Origin: an uncultured Chloroflexia bacterium
Lineage (GTDB): Bacteria; Chloroflexota; Anaerolineae; Aggregatilineales; Phototrophicaceae
DNA: 64,000 bases
Direction of reading: 5' to 3'
Assembly (NCBI GenBank): GCA_963848465.1
Contig: CAWKDY010000021.1
Coordinates: 4,055 to 68,054, forward strand
Positions 43,165 through 53,459 of the stretch are shown here, one piece after another. The notes under the pieces were generated by a model. That model had not been told where the DNA came from and did no database searches. It worked only from the letters and a program-made list of their open reading frames with translations. Made by a program: the position numbers and the translations under genes. Each line of letters begins with the position of its first letter. The stretch's first letter is position 1.

Positions 43165-43807
43165 ATGAGCGACGAGCGTGCCGAAGCCTTAGGAAAAATC
43201 GCCGCCGAAATTCGCACCTGCAAGCTGTGTGACCTCTGGAAGAACCGCACCAAAGCTGTCCCCGGCGCGGGCGATATCCACGCGGACATCCTGTTCGTGG
43301 GTGAAGGTCCCGGCTTCAACGAAGACAAGCAGGGCTTGCCCTTCGTCGGGCGATCCGGCACCTATCTCGAAATCGCTGCTCAAGCTGCTCGATCTGACGC
43401 GCGACGACGTGTTCATCACCAACGTGGTCAAGTGCCGCCCGCCGGAAAACCGCGACCCGACGCCGGTCGAGATCAGCACCTGCAAGCCCTACCTCGACCA
43501 GCAGATCGCGCTGATCGACCCGCTGATGATCGTCACGCTGGGGCGCTACAGCATGGCGCGCTACTTCCCCAATGGCAAGATCACGCGGATTCACGGTCAG
43601 CCGAAGTTCGAGGACGGGCGGGCGTACTATCCGCTGTTCCACCCGGCGGCGGTGCTGCGCAATCCCGGCTTGCAGCCGGAGATGGAAGGCGACTTCCGGC
43701 GCATTCCCGAAATTCTCGACAAGGTGCGGCAGATGCGCGACGCGGGCAAGAAGCCGCCGCCACCGGCTGCTGACGAAGCGCCGCCGACGCAGCTATCGCT
43801 GTTCTAG
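43165..43807 (+). CDS. udg: Uracil-DNA glycosylase family 4 (frameshift near 43370)
   Basis: CKLCDL, VGEGPGFNEDKQGLPFVGRSG, TNVVKCRPPENRDP, FHPAAVLR. Confidence 0.92.
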
Positions 43808-43954
43808 AGAAGGCTGAGCTGACTGAGCACCGAGCTAGCTTGATGTAAGGACACGATCAAGCGTGCTTTTGACCGCCTCTTTAGTGGGCGGCGAGTTCCT
43901 AGCTGAGGGATTAAATCCCTCGGCGAACGCCAGCTCGACAACGCATGGCATAGG

Positions 43955-46242
43955 ATGACGATATTGACCTCAAAAATCTACTTGTCGCTGGTGTTCCACA
44001 ATCACCAGCCGGTCGGCAATTTCGAGAGCGTGTTCGCGGAAGCCTACGAGAAAAGCTATCTGCCGCTGGTCGAGGTGCTGGAGCGGCATCCGAAAATCCG
44101 CGTAGCGATGCACTTCACCGGCAGCCTGCGCGACTGGATTGTGGCGCAGCACCCCGAACTCTACACCCGCGCGCGGGCGCTGGTCGAGCAGGGGCAGCTC
44201 GAAATCCTCGGCGGCGCCTACTACGAGCCGATCCTCGTCATGCTCAGCGACGCCGACAAGATCGGGCAGATGACGCTGCTCAGCGACTCGGTCGAGGCGG
44301 ATTTCGGGGCGCGCCCGACCGGGATGTGGCTGGCGGAGCGGGTCTGGGAGCCGTCGCTGGCGCGCCCCATCGCCCAAGCGGGACTGCAGCTACGCCATCG
44401 TCGACGACACCCATTTCAACTTCACCGGCTTCGACGACGACGACCTGTTCGGCTACTACGTGACCGAGGAGCAGGGCGACCTGCTCAACATGTTCCCGTC
44501 GTCGAAAGACCTGCGCTATCTGCTGCCGTGGAGTCCGGTCGAGCAGGTGATCGGCTGGCTGCGCGACAAAGCCAACCACCTCAATCACCCGATTTTGCCG
44601 CCGCCGCTGGCGCTGATGGGCGACGACGGCGAGAAGTTCGGCATGTGGCCCGGCACCTTCGAACACTGCTGGACGAATGGCTACATGGATCGCCTGTTCA
44701 GCGCGATTGAAGCCAACGCCGATTGGCTGGAAACGACCACGCCGGGCGCGTATCTGCGCCAATATCCCGGCGCGCGGTCGCGCTTATCTGCCGACCGCCT
44801 CCTACCTGGAAATGACCGAGTGGGCGCTGCCCGCCGAACGGATGCACGAGATCAAGAGCATCCGCACCGGCATGGAGCGCGAGATCGACCAGAAGCAGTG
44901 GAGCGAGCCGGGGCGGTCGGAGTATCTGCGCCGGGTGCAGCACTTCATGCGCGGCGGCTTCTGGCGCAACTTTCTTGGCGAAGTATCCCGAAGTCAACCA
45001 GATGCAGAAACGCGGCATGTACACCAGCCGCCGCCTGCACGCGCTGCCGGACGGCGACGGCGAAACGAGCGCGCTCAAGCACCTGTGGGCGTCGCAGTGT
45101 AACTGCGCTTACTGGCACGGCGTCTTTGGCGGCATCTATCTGTTCCACATCCGGGCGGCGAATTACGCCAACCTGCTCGACGCCGAAGCGCTGATCCTCG
45201 ACGACAAGGTGACCGCCGAACAAATCGACTTCGACCTCGACAGCCACGCCGAGATCGTCGTCAGCAGCAACCCGTTCTCGCTGGTGATCGCGCCCGGCGT
45301 TCGGCGGCGCGGTCTACGAGTGGGACGACCTGCCCAGCCGCTACAACCTGCTCAACATGATGACGCGGCGGCGCGAGGGCTATCACCTCGACCTCGAAGA
45401 AGCGGCGGCGCGCGGCGACGTGATCACGCCGGAGATGCCGCAGTGGAACGCGCCGACCAACATCCACACGACGTGGGTTCGCGCCAAGCGGCTGGGCTTG
45501 GAGCGCGATTTGGTGGTCGATTGGCACCGGCGCGGCTCGCTGATCGACCACTTCCTGAGCGACGACATGACGCTCGACCAGTTCCGGCGCGCCTCCTACC
45601 GCGAAACCGGCGACTTCGTGCTCGGCGAGTATCAGGCGGAGGTCAGCGGCAGCGGCATCGGCTGCCTGCGTCAGTCACGCTGAGCTGCGACGGGCACGTC
45701 TGGGTCGATGGCGTGCAGCAGCCCGTCCGCGTGAGCAAGCGGCTGACGATCACGGGCGGGCGTGCGCGAGCTGGAAGCCGCCTACACCGTCACCAACTTG
45801 GCGGACTTGCCGCTCCATCTGCGCTTCGGCATCGAGACCAGCTACGGCTTCGACGGCGGCGATACCGAACTGTGCTATCTGGCGATCTACGACGGCGCGA
45901 CCGTCGGCTTGGGGCAGGTCGGGCGCGAGCGAGGACGTGCTTCGGCTATCGGCTCGGGACGACCGATTCGCGGCTTCGAGGTCGACGTGACGCCGACGCA
46001 TGGCGGGGTCGCTGTGGCGCTTCCCGCTCGAACCCGTGACCATGAGCGAGGGCGGCTACGAGCGCATCCATCAAGGGACGGTGCTGCTCAACCTCTACCC
46101 GCTCGACCTCGCGCCGGGAGCAAGCTGGCAGAATACGCTGCGCTTCAAGATCAGCGACCTGAAGCAGCCGGAGATCGACGACCCGGCAACGCTCACGGCG
46201 ACGGAACAGGGGATGCACCAAGCGAGGTCCCGGCTTCATTGA
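43955..46242 (+). CDS. GH57 alpha-amylase/4-alpha-glucanotransferase (multiple frameshifts)
   Basis: HNHQPVGNF, YYEPIL, GMWLAERVWEP, DDGEKFGMWPGT, SQCNCAYWHGVFGG, SEGGYERIHQG. Confidence 0.9.
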
Positions 46243-46245
46243 CCA

Positions 46246-46266
46246 GGGGCGTTAGCATAACGCCCC
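46246..46266. repeat. REP-like hairpin GGGGCGTTAGCATAACGCCCC
   Basis: Hairpin just after the GH57 stop. Confidence 0.55.
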
Positions 46267-46503
46267 CGCGAAGGCCACGATTTTCCAGCGATCGCGTTCG
46301 AAAACTCACTTCAGCAATTCAGCGCCCTATTTCGGATGGCGCAGCTAATGCTGCGTGCCAGTTACTGGGAGCAGCCCAATCGCTCGCGCGGCTTAGTGCC
46401 CTAGCCGACCGGTTGTGAAGGTTATGCCTTTGTCAGCAGACAGACATTTGGCAGTATTCGCTGAAAAATTTCCGCTATAATGTGGAGAGAAGTTTTACGT
46501 TAC

Positions 46504-47197
46504 ATGAAAACGAAAGGTAAAAAGGCGGTGGTTCGTGAGTTACTAATTACTGTAATTATCGTAATTCTCGCTCATGGACTTATTTTCGGCAATTAATGCC
46601 AGCAGTTACAAGGCGCCGTCCAATTCACGCTTACTCGATGGGTGCACCGCCGACGGGGTACCGGATACGGACGTTTTTGATCGGGACAATACTGGGAGCG
46701 GCACGGAGCAGGTGCGGATCGACGTGTTCGACGGCGCGGGCACCGTGATCTATACGGTCACGTTTTCGAACGCACTCGCTACCTACGCGGCGGGGTTGAT
46801 CGACACGACCGCATACAGCACCGCGCCCCAATACAACCCGATCACGGTTGTGGTGACGAGTCTCGCTGGGAATGATTTACCAGAGGTTTCGACGGTCATC
46901 GGGACGGGAAGCTGCGCCGGGCTGCCGACCTACGGCAATGCTTGTATCGCCTTGACCCCCGACGCGGTGGTCGGCGACATGCCGTTCTCGACGCAGGCGT
47001 ACTACGCGCCGGGTAAAGCAGCCAACGGCGTCGTGCTCAACCCCGGCACCTACTGGGTCTTGGGCGAGGACGAAAGCGGCGAGTACTACAAGATCGTGCT
47101 GTCGTGCCAGTATCTCTGGGTGCCGGTCAACTCGATGCAGCCGAGCTTCCAAGCACCTTGGAGCGGTCAGCCGCTGCCGATGACGGTCGTCGATTAA
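46504..47197 (+). CDS. Secreted hypothetical protein (signal peptide frameshifted)
   Basis: ORF 46574-47197 with good codon usage; upstream hydrophobic leader in another frame. Confidence 0.7.
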
Positions 47198-47215
47198 GCG
47201 GTCGCATGACTAACT

Positions 47216-47250
47216 AAACGGGGTGATCTTAGCGGGATCGCCCCGTTTTT
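47216..47250. terminator. Intrinsic terminator between convergent genes
   Basis: AAACGGGGTGATC...GATCGCCCCGTTTTT. Confidence 0.7.
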
Positions 47251-47281
47251 GATCTTCGCGCCGGGTTAGGAGACTTCGCTC

Positions 47282-47794
47282 TCAGCTTGAGCCACCCAAC
47301 TCGGCTGCGGACCCTCGATTTGCCCCAGCAGCATGTTCAACTGAGCGGCGTGCCCCTGCACGTGGCGCAGGTTGTAGATCAACAGTTCGAAGAAACTGCA
47401 TTCGCCCCATGCAAACTGGCAGAGTCGCCGCGCCGTTTCGTCGGTCAGCGCCTCGATGGTCGCTGTGGCAGCGCGCGCGGCAGTCGCCGAGATAGTGCTG
47501 GAGTTCGGCTTTGGTGTAGACCCGTTCCGGCAGCGGATCGTCGCCGTCCTGCTCGATCAGGGTGAAGGGAGCCGGGGGCAAAAAGCCTTCCTCCGCGCCG
47601 GTCAGGTAGAGGTCGAGCCAGAACAGCGTGTGATAGACGACGTACCAGAATTGGGCGCGTTCCGGTTTGGCATCGGGCGTCAGCCACAGCGCCGCCGTCC
47701 AGAGCTCGCCGGGGCAGGCGCTCACGGTGATGTCGAGCAAATCAATCGCCGCCCCAAACTGCTGCCAAATACTCGTTTTCAGAGAGGTATCCAT
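47282..47794 (-). CDS. DinB family protein (frameshift near 47460)
   Basis: QFGAAID, FWYVVYHTLFWLDLYL, YNLRHVQGHAAQLN. Confidence 0.85.
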   Translation of the reverse strand: MDTSLKTSIWQQFGAAIDLLDITVSACPGELWTAALWLTPDAKPERAQFWYVVYHTLFWLDLYLTGAEEGFLPPAPFTLIEQDGDDPLPERVYTKAELQHYLGDCRARCHSDHRGADRRNGAATLPVCMGRMQFLRTVDLQPAPRAGARRSVEHAAGANRGSAAELGGSS

Positions 47795-47882
47795 CGGATT
47801 GCCGGCCTTTCCACACTAGAAGATTCGCACGAGCGTTATCACGCTGCTGAGATGGCGGGATTCTAACGCGGATTGATTTGTT

Positions 47883-47894
47883 GTACAAATGTTC
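47883..47894. promoter_or_regulatory. Possible LexA/SOS box GTAC-N4-GTTC
   Basis: GTACAAATGTTC lies between divergent DinB-family and methyltransferase genes, upstream of a TATAAT. Confidence 0.4.
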
Positions 47895-47943
47895 TGGTAC
47901 TTGGCTGCGTTATAATCTGGTGCTTGACGAAAGGTGAAAGCCA

Positions 47944-48743
47944 ATGACCACACCGGATCCGAACTATCTCAAGCACGATCAGTATAAAGATGCCTCGCGG
48001 CTGTCGGCGCGGGCATATCTGCATTCGGCGTTCAGCCGCAATCCCTACGGTTGGTTCAAGTGGATGTTCGACCTGTACCAGCTTCCGCCGAAGGCGCGGA
48101 TTCTCGAATTGGGGGCGGGCGCGGGCTGGCTCTGGCTGGGAAACCGCGAGCGCATCCCGGCGGGCTGGCAGATCACGCTGTCGGATTTCTCGGCGGGGAT
48201 GCTGGACGAGCAGCGGCGGACGCTGGCGCAGGTCGCGCACGAATTCAGCTTCGAGGAGATCGACGCGCAGGCGATCCCGTACCCGGATGCGAGCTTCGAC
48301 GCCGTGATCGCCAACCACATGCTCTATCACGTCCCTGACCGCCCGCAAGCCATCGCCGAGATGCGCCGCGTGCTCAAGCCGGGCGGCACGCTCTACGCCG
48401 CCACCAACGGCGAGCATCACTTACAGGAAATCCACCAACTGATGGCGCGCTTCGGCTTTGCAGCCGGAGGAATGGTTGGACGGCTTCGTCTCAGTGCGCG
48501 GCTTTACGCTCGAAAACGCTGCCGAGCAGCTTCGCGCGCAGTTCGATCAGGTCGAGGTGGTGCGCTACGACGACGCCATCGAGATCGGCGACGCCGAGCC
48601 GCTGGTCAATTACATCCTGTCCTATCCGGTGCAGTTGAGCGACGAGCGGATCGCCGAACTACGCGCCTACATCGAGGGCGGAGATCGCGCGGGCGGGGAA
48701 AATGGCGATCACGAAGGACATGGGGGTGGCGATTGCGAAATGA
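47944..48743 (+). CDS. Class I SAM-dependent methyltransferase (frameshifted)
   Basis: ILELGAGAG, SDFSAGML, FDAVIANHMLYHV, RVLKPGG. Confidence 0.88.
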
Positions 48744-48758
48744 ATGCAAGCGGCTGAA

Positions 48759-48784
48759 GGGCAGGGTTTCAAACCCGCCGCTAT
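48759..48784. repeat. REP-like palindrome (degenerate)
   Basis: GGGCAGGGTTTCAAACCCGCCGCTAT resembles the 16990 and 33959 copies. Confidence 0.5.
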
Positions 48785-48808
48785 GTGCGATAGGGGTGAG
48801 ATCAATCT

Positions 48809-49617
48809 TTACCAGCAGCAGTAGCCGCCGTCGATGATGATGTCGCCGCCGGTCATGAAGTCGGAGGCTTGCGCCGCCAGATAGACGACCGCGCCTTGCA
48901 GGTCGGTCACGTCGCCCATGACCTTCTGGGGCGTGAGCGCCATCCATGCCGGGAGCATCTTCTGCCCGATGGGCGTCGCCAGCAGGTCATCGACCAGCGC
49001 CGTCCGCGTGTAGCCGGGGCTGATGGTGTTGACCCGCACGCCGCGATCCGCCCACTCCGCCGCGAGGCTGCGCGTCAGGTGGAGCACACCGGCTTTGCTG
49101 GCGTTGTAGGCGGCTTGATTCTGCGGCGTGTTGGCGATGTGCCCGGACATCGAGGCGGTGTTGATGATCTTGCCGTAGCCCGCCGCCAGCATGACTTTCG
49201 CCTCGGCTTGAGCGCACAGGAACACGCCCTTGAGGTTGATGCCGAGCATCCGATCCCAGTCGGCTTCGGGCATGCTTTCCGAGTTCGACCCACTGCCCGA
49301 TCCCGGCGTTGTTGACGCCAATGGTCAGCTTGTCCCAGTGATCGGTGATCTGCTTGACCATCGCCGCGACTTGATCGAGCTTTGGTCACGTCGGCTTGCA
49401 CGGCAATCGACTCGATGCCTTTGGCGGTCAGTTCGGCGACGACCGCCTGCGCCGTCTCCGGCACGAGGTCGACAATGGCGACCGCCGCGCCCGCTTCGCC
49501 GAGCGCGTGTGCGTAAGCCCGCCCGATCCCCTGACCGCCGCCCGTCACCAGCGCGACGCGCCCGTCGAGACGAAAGCGCTCCAAAATCGGTTTAGCTTCT
49601 AAAACTGTATCACTCAT
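48809..49617 (-). CDS. SDR family oxidoreductase (sugar/polyol dehydrogenase-like; frameshifted)
   Basis: [35 protein letters not shown]. Confidence 0.92.
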
Positions 49618-49620
49618 GAT

Positions 49621-50506
49621 TTATTCTATCCTTCCGGCGCGGGCGGCGCAATCGCCGCACTCAACGCCTGTTTGATCTGCTCGGACATCTTGGAACAGCT
49701 CCGCCGCGTGATCGACCACGCCGGTTTGGAGCGATAGAAAATCAGCTTCGCCCGTTTCGAGTTCGCGCGGGCGGTAGAAATAGCGCAGCGATTGGCGCAG
49801 GCGCGTCTCGATGCGCTGGCGGATGCTCTCGACGTTGGCGGTCGTCGTCAAAATGACGAACTCCTCCGCGCCCAAGTGACCGATGAAATCGTCCTCGCCG
49901 CCGAACTGGGTCACGGCGCTGCGCATCATCAGCGCGATGGCGCGCAGCAGCTTCGTCGGCGGCGACGAAGCCGTACAACTCGCGCAGGGTGTTCAAGCCG
50001 CCAATCGAGAGCAGCAGCAGCGCCCACGACCGTTCGGTGTAGAGGGCTTGAGTCAGCCGCTCGTCAAGCATGGCGACTTCCGGCAGTTCCGTCACCGGAT
50101 TGAGCATAACCATTTGCGCCGCGCGGGTGATGGTATTGCGGACGCGCAGGCGCAGTTCTTGAATGTCGAACGGCTTGGTGATGTAGTCGACAACGCCCAG
50201 TTCCAGCCCTTGCAGCTTATCGACCCGGTCGCGTTTTTCGGTCAGGAAGATGATCGGCGTATCTTGCGTGCGGCGCTGCAAGCGCAGTTGGCGGCAGACC
50301 TCGTAGCCGTCGATGTCGGGCAGGCGGATGTCGAGCAGGATCAGGTCGAGCGCTGCTTCGGCGCTCAGCTTGAGTCCGTCACGCCCCCACGAAGCGGTCA
50401 GCACGTCGTAGCCCTGCACGCGAAAATAAGCCTCCATCATATCCAGCAGGTCGAAATCATCTTCGACGATCAGGATATGCGGTTTTTCGGCTGACTTCTC
50501 AGTCAT
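49621..50506 (-). CDS. Response regulator with degenerate GGDEF-like output domain (frameshifted)
   Basis: [25 protein letters not shown]; then NPVTELP...YGFVAAD...[10 protein letters not shown]. Confidence 0.85.
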
Positions 50507-51118
50507 AAGCATTTGGTTCCTAAGCGTTGATGACGATGATACAGGCGGGGTCCCCGGTGGCGAGGCAGTGGGTTTCGCGGACGGTGTAGTCGCGCCCATT
50601 CGACGCCCAGCGGGTGCATTCTTGCAGCAAGCCGACCAGCGGGTGACAAACGGGTTTTTCGGTATGCAAGCCCCCATGCGAAGGGGCTGGTCTCGATGCG
50701 AAATTGGAAGCCGAGCGGGGTGGTTTCGAGCGACGAGCGCTGATCGCTGAAGCGGGTGAAAATCTCCGCCTGCGCGTGCAGCGCCAGACTCAACGCGGTC
50801 TTCGAGCGGCAGCCGTCGAAAAGCGGGGTCGGCAATGCCGGTCAGCGCGCCGAAACTTTTCATGCCCTGCGCGAACCACGCGCGCCCGGCGCGCAGCGCC
50901 ATCCCGCGCCCGCCGCGCGCGCCGTACATCTCGTCGAGCGCGGCGTTGAGCGCGCCAATGCGCTCGAAGGGGAATTCGCGGTCGAGGTCGTCGGGCGGCG
51001 TCTGGTCGATCTGCGCGAGTTCGAGCGCTTCATCCAAGCCGTGTCGTCCCATGACCTCTTCCATGGCGAGGAACAGGCTGAGCACGAAGCGGTTAGGGTA
51101 ATAGAGCGTGGTCGACAC
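50503..51118 (-). CDS. V4R (4-vinyl reductase) domain protein (frameshifted)
   Basis: YYPNRF...MEEVMGRHGL...YGARGGRGMALRAGRA...ETHCLATGDPAC. Confidence 0.75.
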
Positions 51119-51138
51119 AGGGTTGACGCTTTCCCCGG

Positions 51139-51510
51139 CTAGATGAGGCTGCCCAAATCTTGAACGGTGCGCGCGACGTCGAGGAAGATTAAGCCGAGCC
51201 GGGCTTCACGGCGGGCGAGCACCGTCAGCACCGCTTCTTCGCCAATCGCGTTTAAGATGACGTATCCGTTTTCGCCTTTGACGTAGAGCTGCATCAGCAG
51301 CCCGCGTCCCAATTCCGATGAAATCCGCTCGCCCAGCGAGATCATCGCGGCGGACATCGCGCTGACGCGATCTTCTTCGATGCCTGCGGGTAATGATGAG
51401 GCAATGCTCAAGCCGTCTACACTGACAATCGCAGCAGCTTCAACCCCCTCGGAACTGGCTTGCAAATCGCGCAAACGCGCGACCAATTGTTCAGTCCGTG
51501 ACTTCGCCAA
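51139..51510 (-). CDS. Roadblock/LC7 (MglB-like) domain protein
   Basis: AAIVSVDGLSIAS, DRVSAMSAAMISLGERISSELGRG, LGLIFLD; AGGAG RBS. Confidence 0.9.
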   Translation of the reverse strand: MAKSRTEQLVARLRDLQASSEGVEAAAIVSVDGLSIASSLPAGIEEDRVSAMSAAMISLGERISSELGRGLLMQLYVKGENGYVILNAIGEEAVLTVLARREARLGLIFLDVARTVQDLGSLI

Positions 51511-51752
51511 CCGATTTTACTCCTGTCGCAGCAACGCGAGGTGACGTTGAGGATGATCCAACCACTCGATACGTACGGCGTGACCCCGCCTGACACTGTG
51601 CATAGTATATATTGTAGCCGGATGTTGCCGCAAACGAGGTGACAAGTTTTGTCGGCGGCGGGAATCGACGGCGCGCAGGGGAGAAATCAGGGGAAAACAA
51701 GTTGGGGCAAAACTCAGTTCTGCCCCGACGTGAATGCCGATCGACGCGCTGT

Positions 51753-52118
51753 CTATTCGTCTTCGAGGTCGTTCTTGACCTTGTGCGCGGCTTCGTTCAA
51801 GTCTTGCTCGATGGTGTCCGGCTCTGTGCGCACGATCTCGATCTTGATGCGCGCGACCAACGCGCCGATCACCGCCAGCGCCGCCAGCACCGGGCAAGCC
51901 AGATCAGCAGCGCGCCGCCGGCGACTGCGCCGAAGGTCAGCGGGATTTCGAGCAGCGTGCGCCCTTCCGGGTTGCGGATGATCAAGCGGCGAACGTTGCC
52001 TTCTTCGATCAATTCCTTGACGCGCTCGACCAGTTGGCTGCCCGCAACTTCGAGTTCTTCGTTGAAGGGCTTCTTGCCGTCCTGCTCGTTCTGCGGGGTG
52101 ATTTGGTTGTCAGCTCAT
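51753..52118 (-). CDS. DUF4342 domain protein (frameshifted)
   Basis: Manual translation EELEVAGSQLVERVKELIEEGNVRRLIIRNPEGRTLLEIPLT...IGALVARIKIEIVR. Confidence 0.82.
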
Positions 52119-52165
52119 TTCAGGTTCGCTCCCTATGCCACTCAATGTTTGGCTTACTATCTGTT

Positions 52166-52194
52166 TATACGTCGCCGACGGCGAAAAGGTTGCA
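52166..52194 (-). promoter_or_regulatory. Putative ECF sigma promoter TGCAAC-N17-CGTATA
   Basis: About 48 bp upstream of the DUF4342 start; shares TGCAACCTTTTCG with 29551-29579. Confidence 0.7.
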
Positions 52195-52328
52195 TATTTC
52201 AATCTGTATTATAGCAGGAAAAGCGGAAAAATACGATTTCGCGGCGATTTGGATTACTTGGCGTGCGCGTCTTAGCGTGCGCGTCTATAATCAAAGCAGA
52301 TCAGGTCACGAACTACTCGGAGGGCGGA

Positions 52329-53396
52329 ATGAAGACACGTTACCACACCACAGCGCTCGTGCTGCTTTTGTGCGCGACGTTGGTGTTGGCACTGATGCCC
52401 ACGTTCGGCGTACAGGCGGACTTCGGCACCAACTGGACGGCGAACTACTACAACAGCACCGATCTTTCCGGCTCGGTCGTCTACACCGAACAGCTCCCCA
52501 ACGGCATCAACATCAACTGGGGCACCGGCTCCCCGAACCCGGCAGTCAACGTGGACAACTTCTCCGCCCGCTTCACGTCGGTGCAGTTGTTCAATCAGGG
52601 GACGTATGAATTCGTCGCTTCGTCGGATGACGGCATTCGCGTCTTTATCGACGGCGTGCTGGTGCTGGATCGCTTTGTCGGGCGGGTGCTGACGACCGAC
52701 CGCTTCCAGCAAACGCTGACGGCGGGGACGCACTCGCTGACGGTGGAGTACGTCGAGTTCATCGACCAAGCCGCCGTTCAGTTCCAGTGGTTTCAAGTCA
52801 GCGGCGGGCTGACCCCCGGCTTGACGCCCGGCGTCGGCAGCGGCGTGCTCACGCCGCTGGCTCCCGGCGGCTGCACGACGATCTGCGCGACCGTCACCGG
52901 CGTGCGCGGGCTGGCGCTGCGGTCGGGTCCTTATCTGGGCGCGTCGTTCATCACGACGCTGCCGCAGGATCAGACCTATACCATCTTGGGGCGCAACAAG
53001 GACGAAGGCATCTACAACTGGTATAAGCTCCAAGTCGGCGAGCGGGTCGGCTGGTCGTCGGGGCGCTACCTGACCATCAACGTCGATTTGAACACTGTCC
53101 CGCTGATGGGCAGCGACTTCGACGGCATCGACGGCGCACCGGACATCGGCGCGCGCGCTTATCCCCGCGCGGTGATGAATCTGCGCACCCGTCCCAGCAT
53201 CCGGATGCCGAAGATCATGGATATTCCGTGGGGCGCGCCGCTCGAATTGATCGGGCGGACGGTGCAGGCAGGGCAGAACAAGTGGCTGCAAGTGCGTTAT
53301 AACGGCGTCGTCGGCTGGATCGACGCCCGCTGGGTGACGGTCAAGGGCGAGATTTATCGGTGCCGGTGCGGTAAACCCGATCAACCTCACCCCTAA
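52329..53396 (+). CDS. Secreted PA14 plus tandem SH3 domain protein (C-terminus approximate)
   Basis: Signal peptide; WTANYYN...INWGTGSP...DNFSARF...SDDGIRV PA14; two SH3b-like repeats. Confidence 0.82.
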   Translation: MKTRYHTTALVLLLCATLVLALMPTFGVQADFGTNWTANYYNSTDLSGSVVYTEQLPNGININWGTGSPNPAVNVDNFSARFTSVQLFNQGTYEFVASSDDGIRVFIDGVLVLDRFVGRVLTTDRFQQTLTAGTHSLTVEYVEFIDQAAVQFQWFQVSGGLTPGLTPGVGSGVLTPLAPGGCTTICATVTGVRGLALRSGPYLGASFITTLPQDQTYTILGRNKDEGIYNWYKLQVGERVGWSSGRYLTINVDLNTVPLMGSDFDGIDGAPDIGARAYPRAVMNLRTRPSIRMPKIMDIPWGAPLELIGRTVQAGQNKWLQVRYNGVVGWIDARWVTVKGEIYRCRCGKPDQPHP

Positions 53397-53426
53397 GATC
53401 CCCCTCTCCATGTGCATGGAGAGGGC
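53385..53426. repeat. Intergenic palindrome, family B
   Basis: CCTCACCCCTAAGATCCCCCTCTCCATGTGCATGGAGAGGG. Confidence 0.65.
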
Positions 53427-53459
53427 GAACATGTAAGTACGCCTCCCGCGAGGCTGTTT

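Noticed and set aside
49742-51118. Apparent V4R-response regulator fusion (458 aa)
   Set aside because: The junction is out-of-frame text. V4R ends at 50503 and the regulator starts at 50506 with an ATGA overlap.
52272-53432. Long antisense ORFs (for example 52272-53432, 14004-15458, 6197-7201, 38563-39753)
   Set aside because: These are shadows of real genes on the opposite strand, expected in high-GC DNA, with no motifs or RBS.
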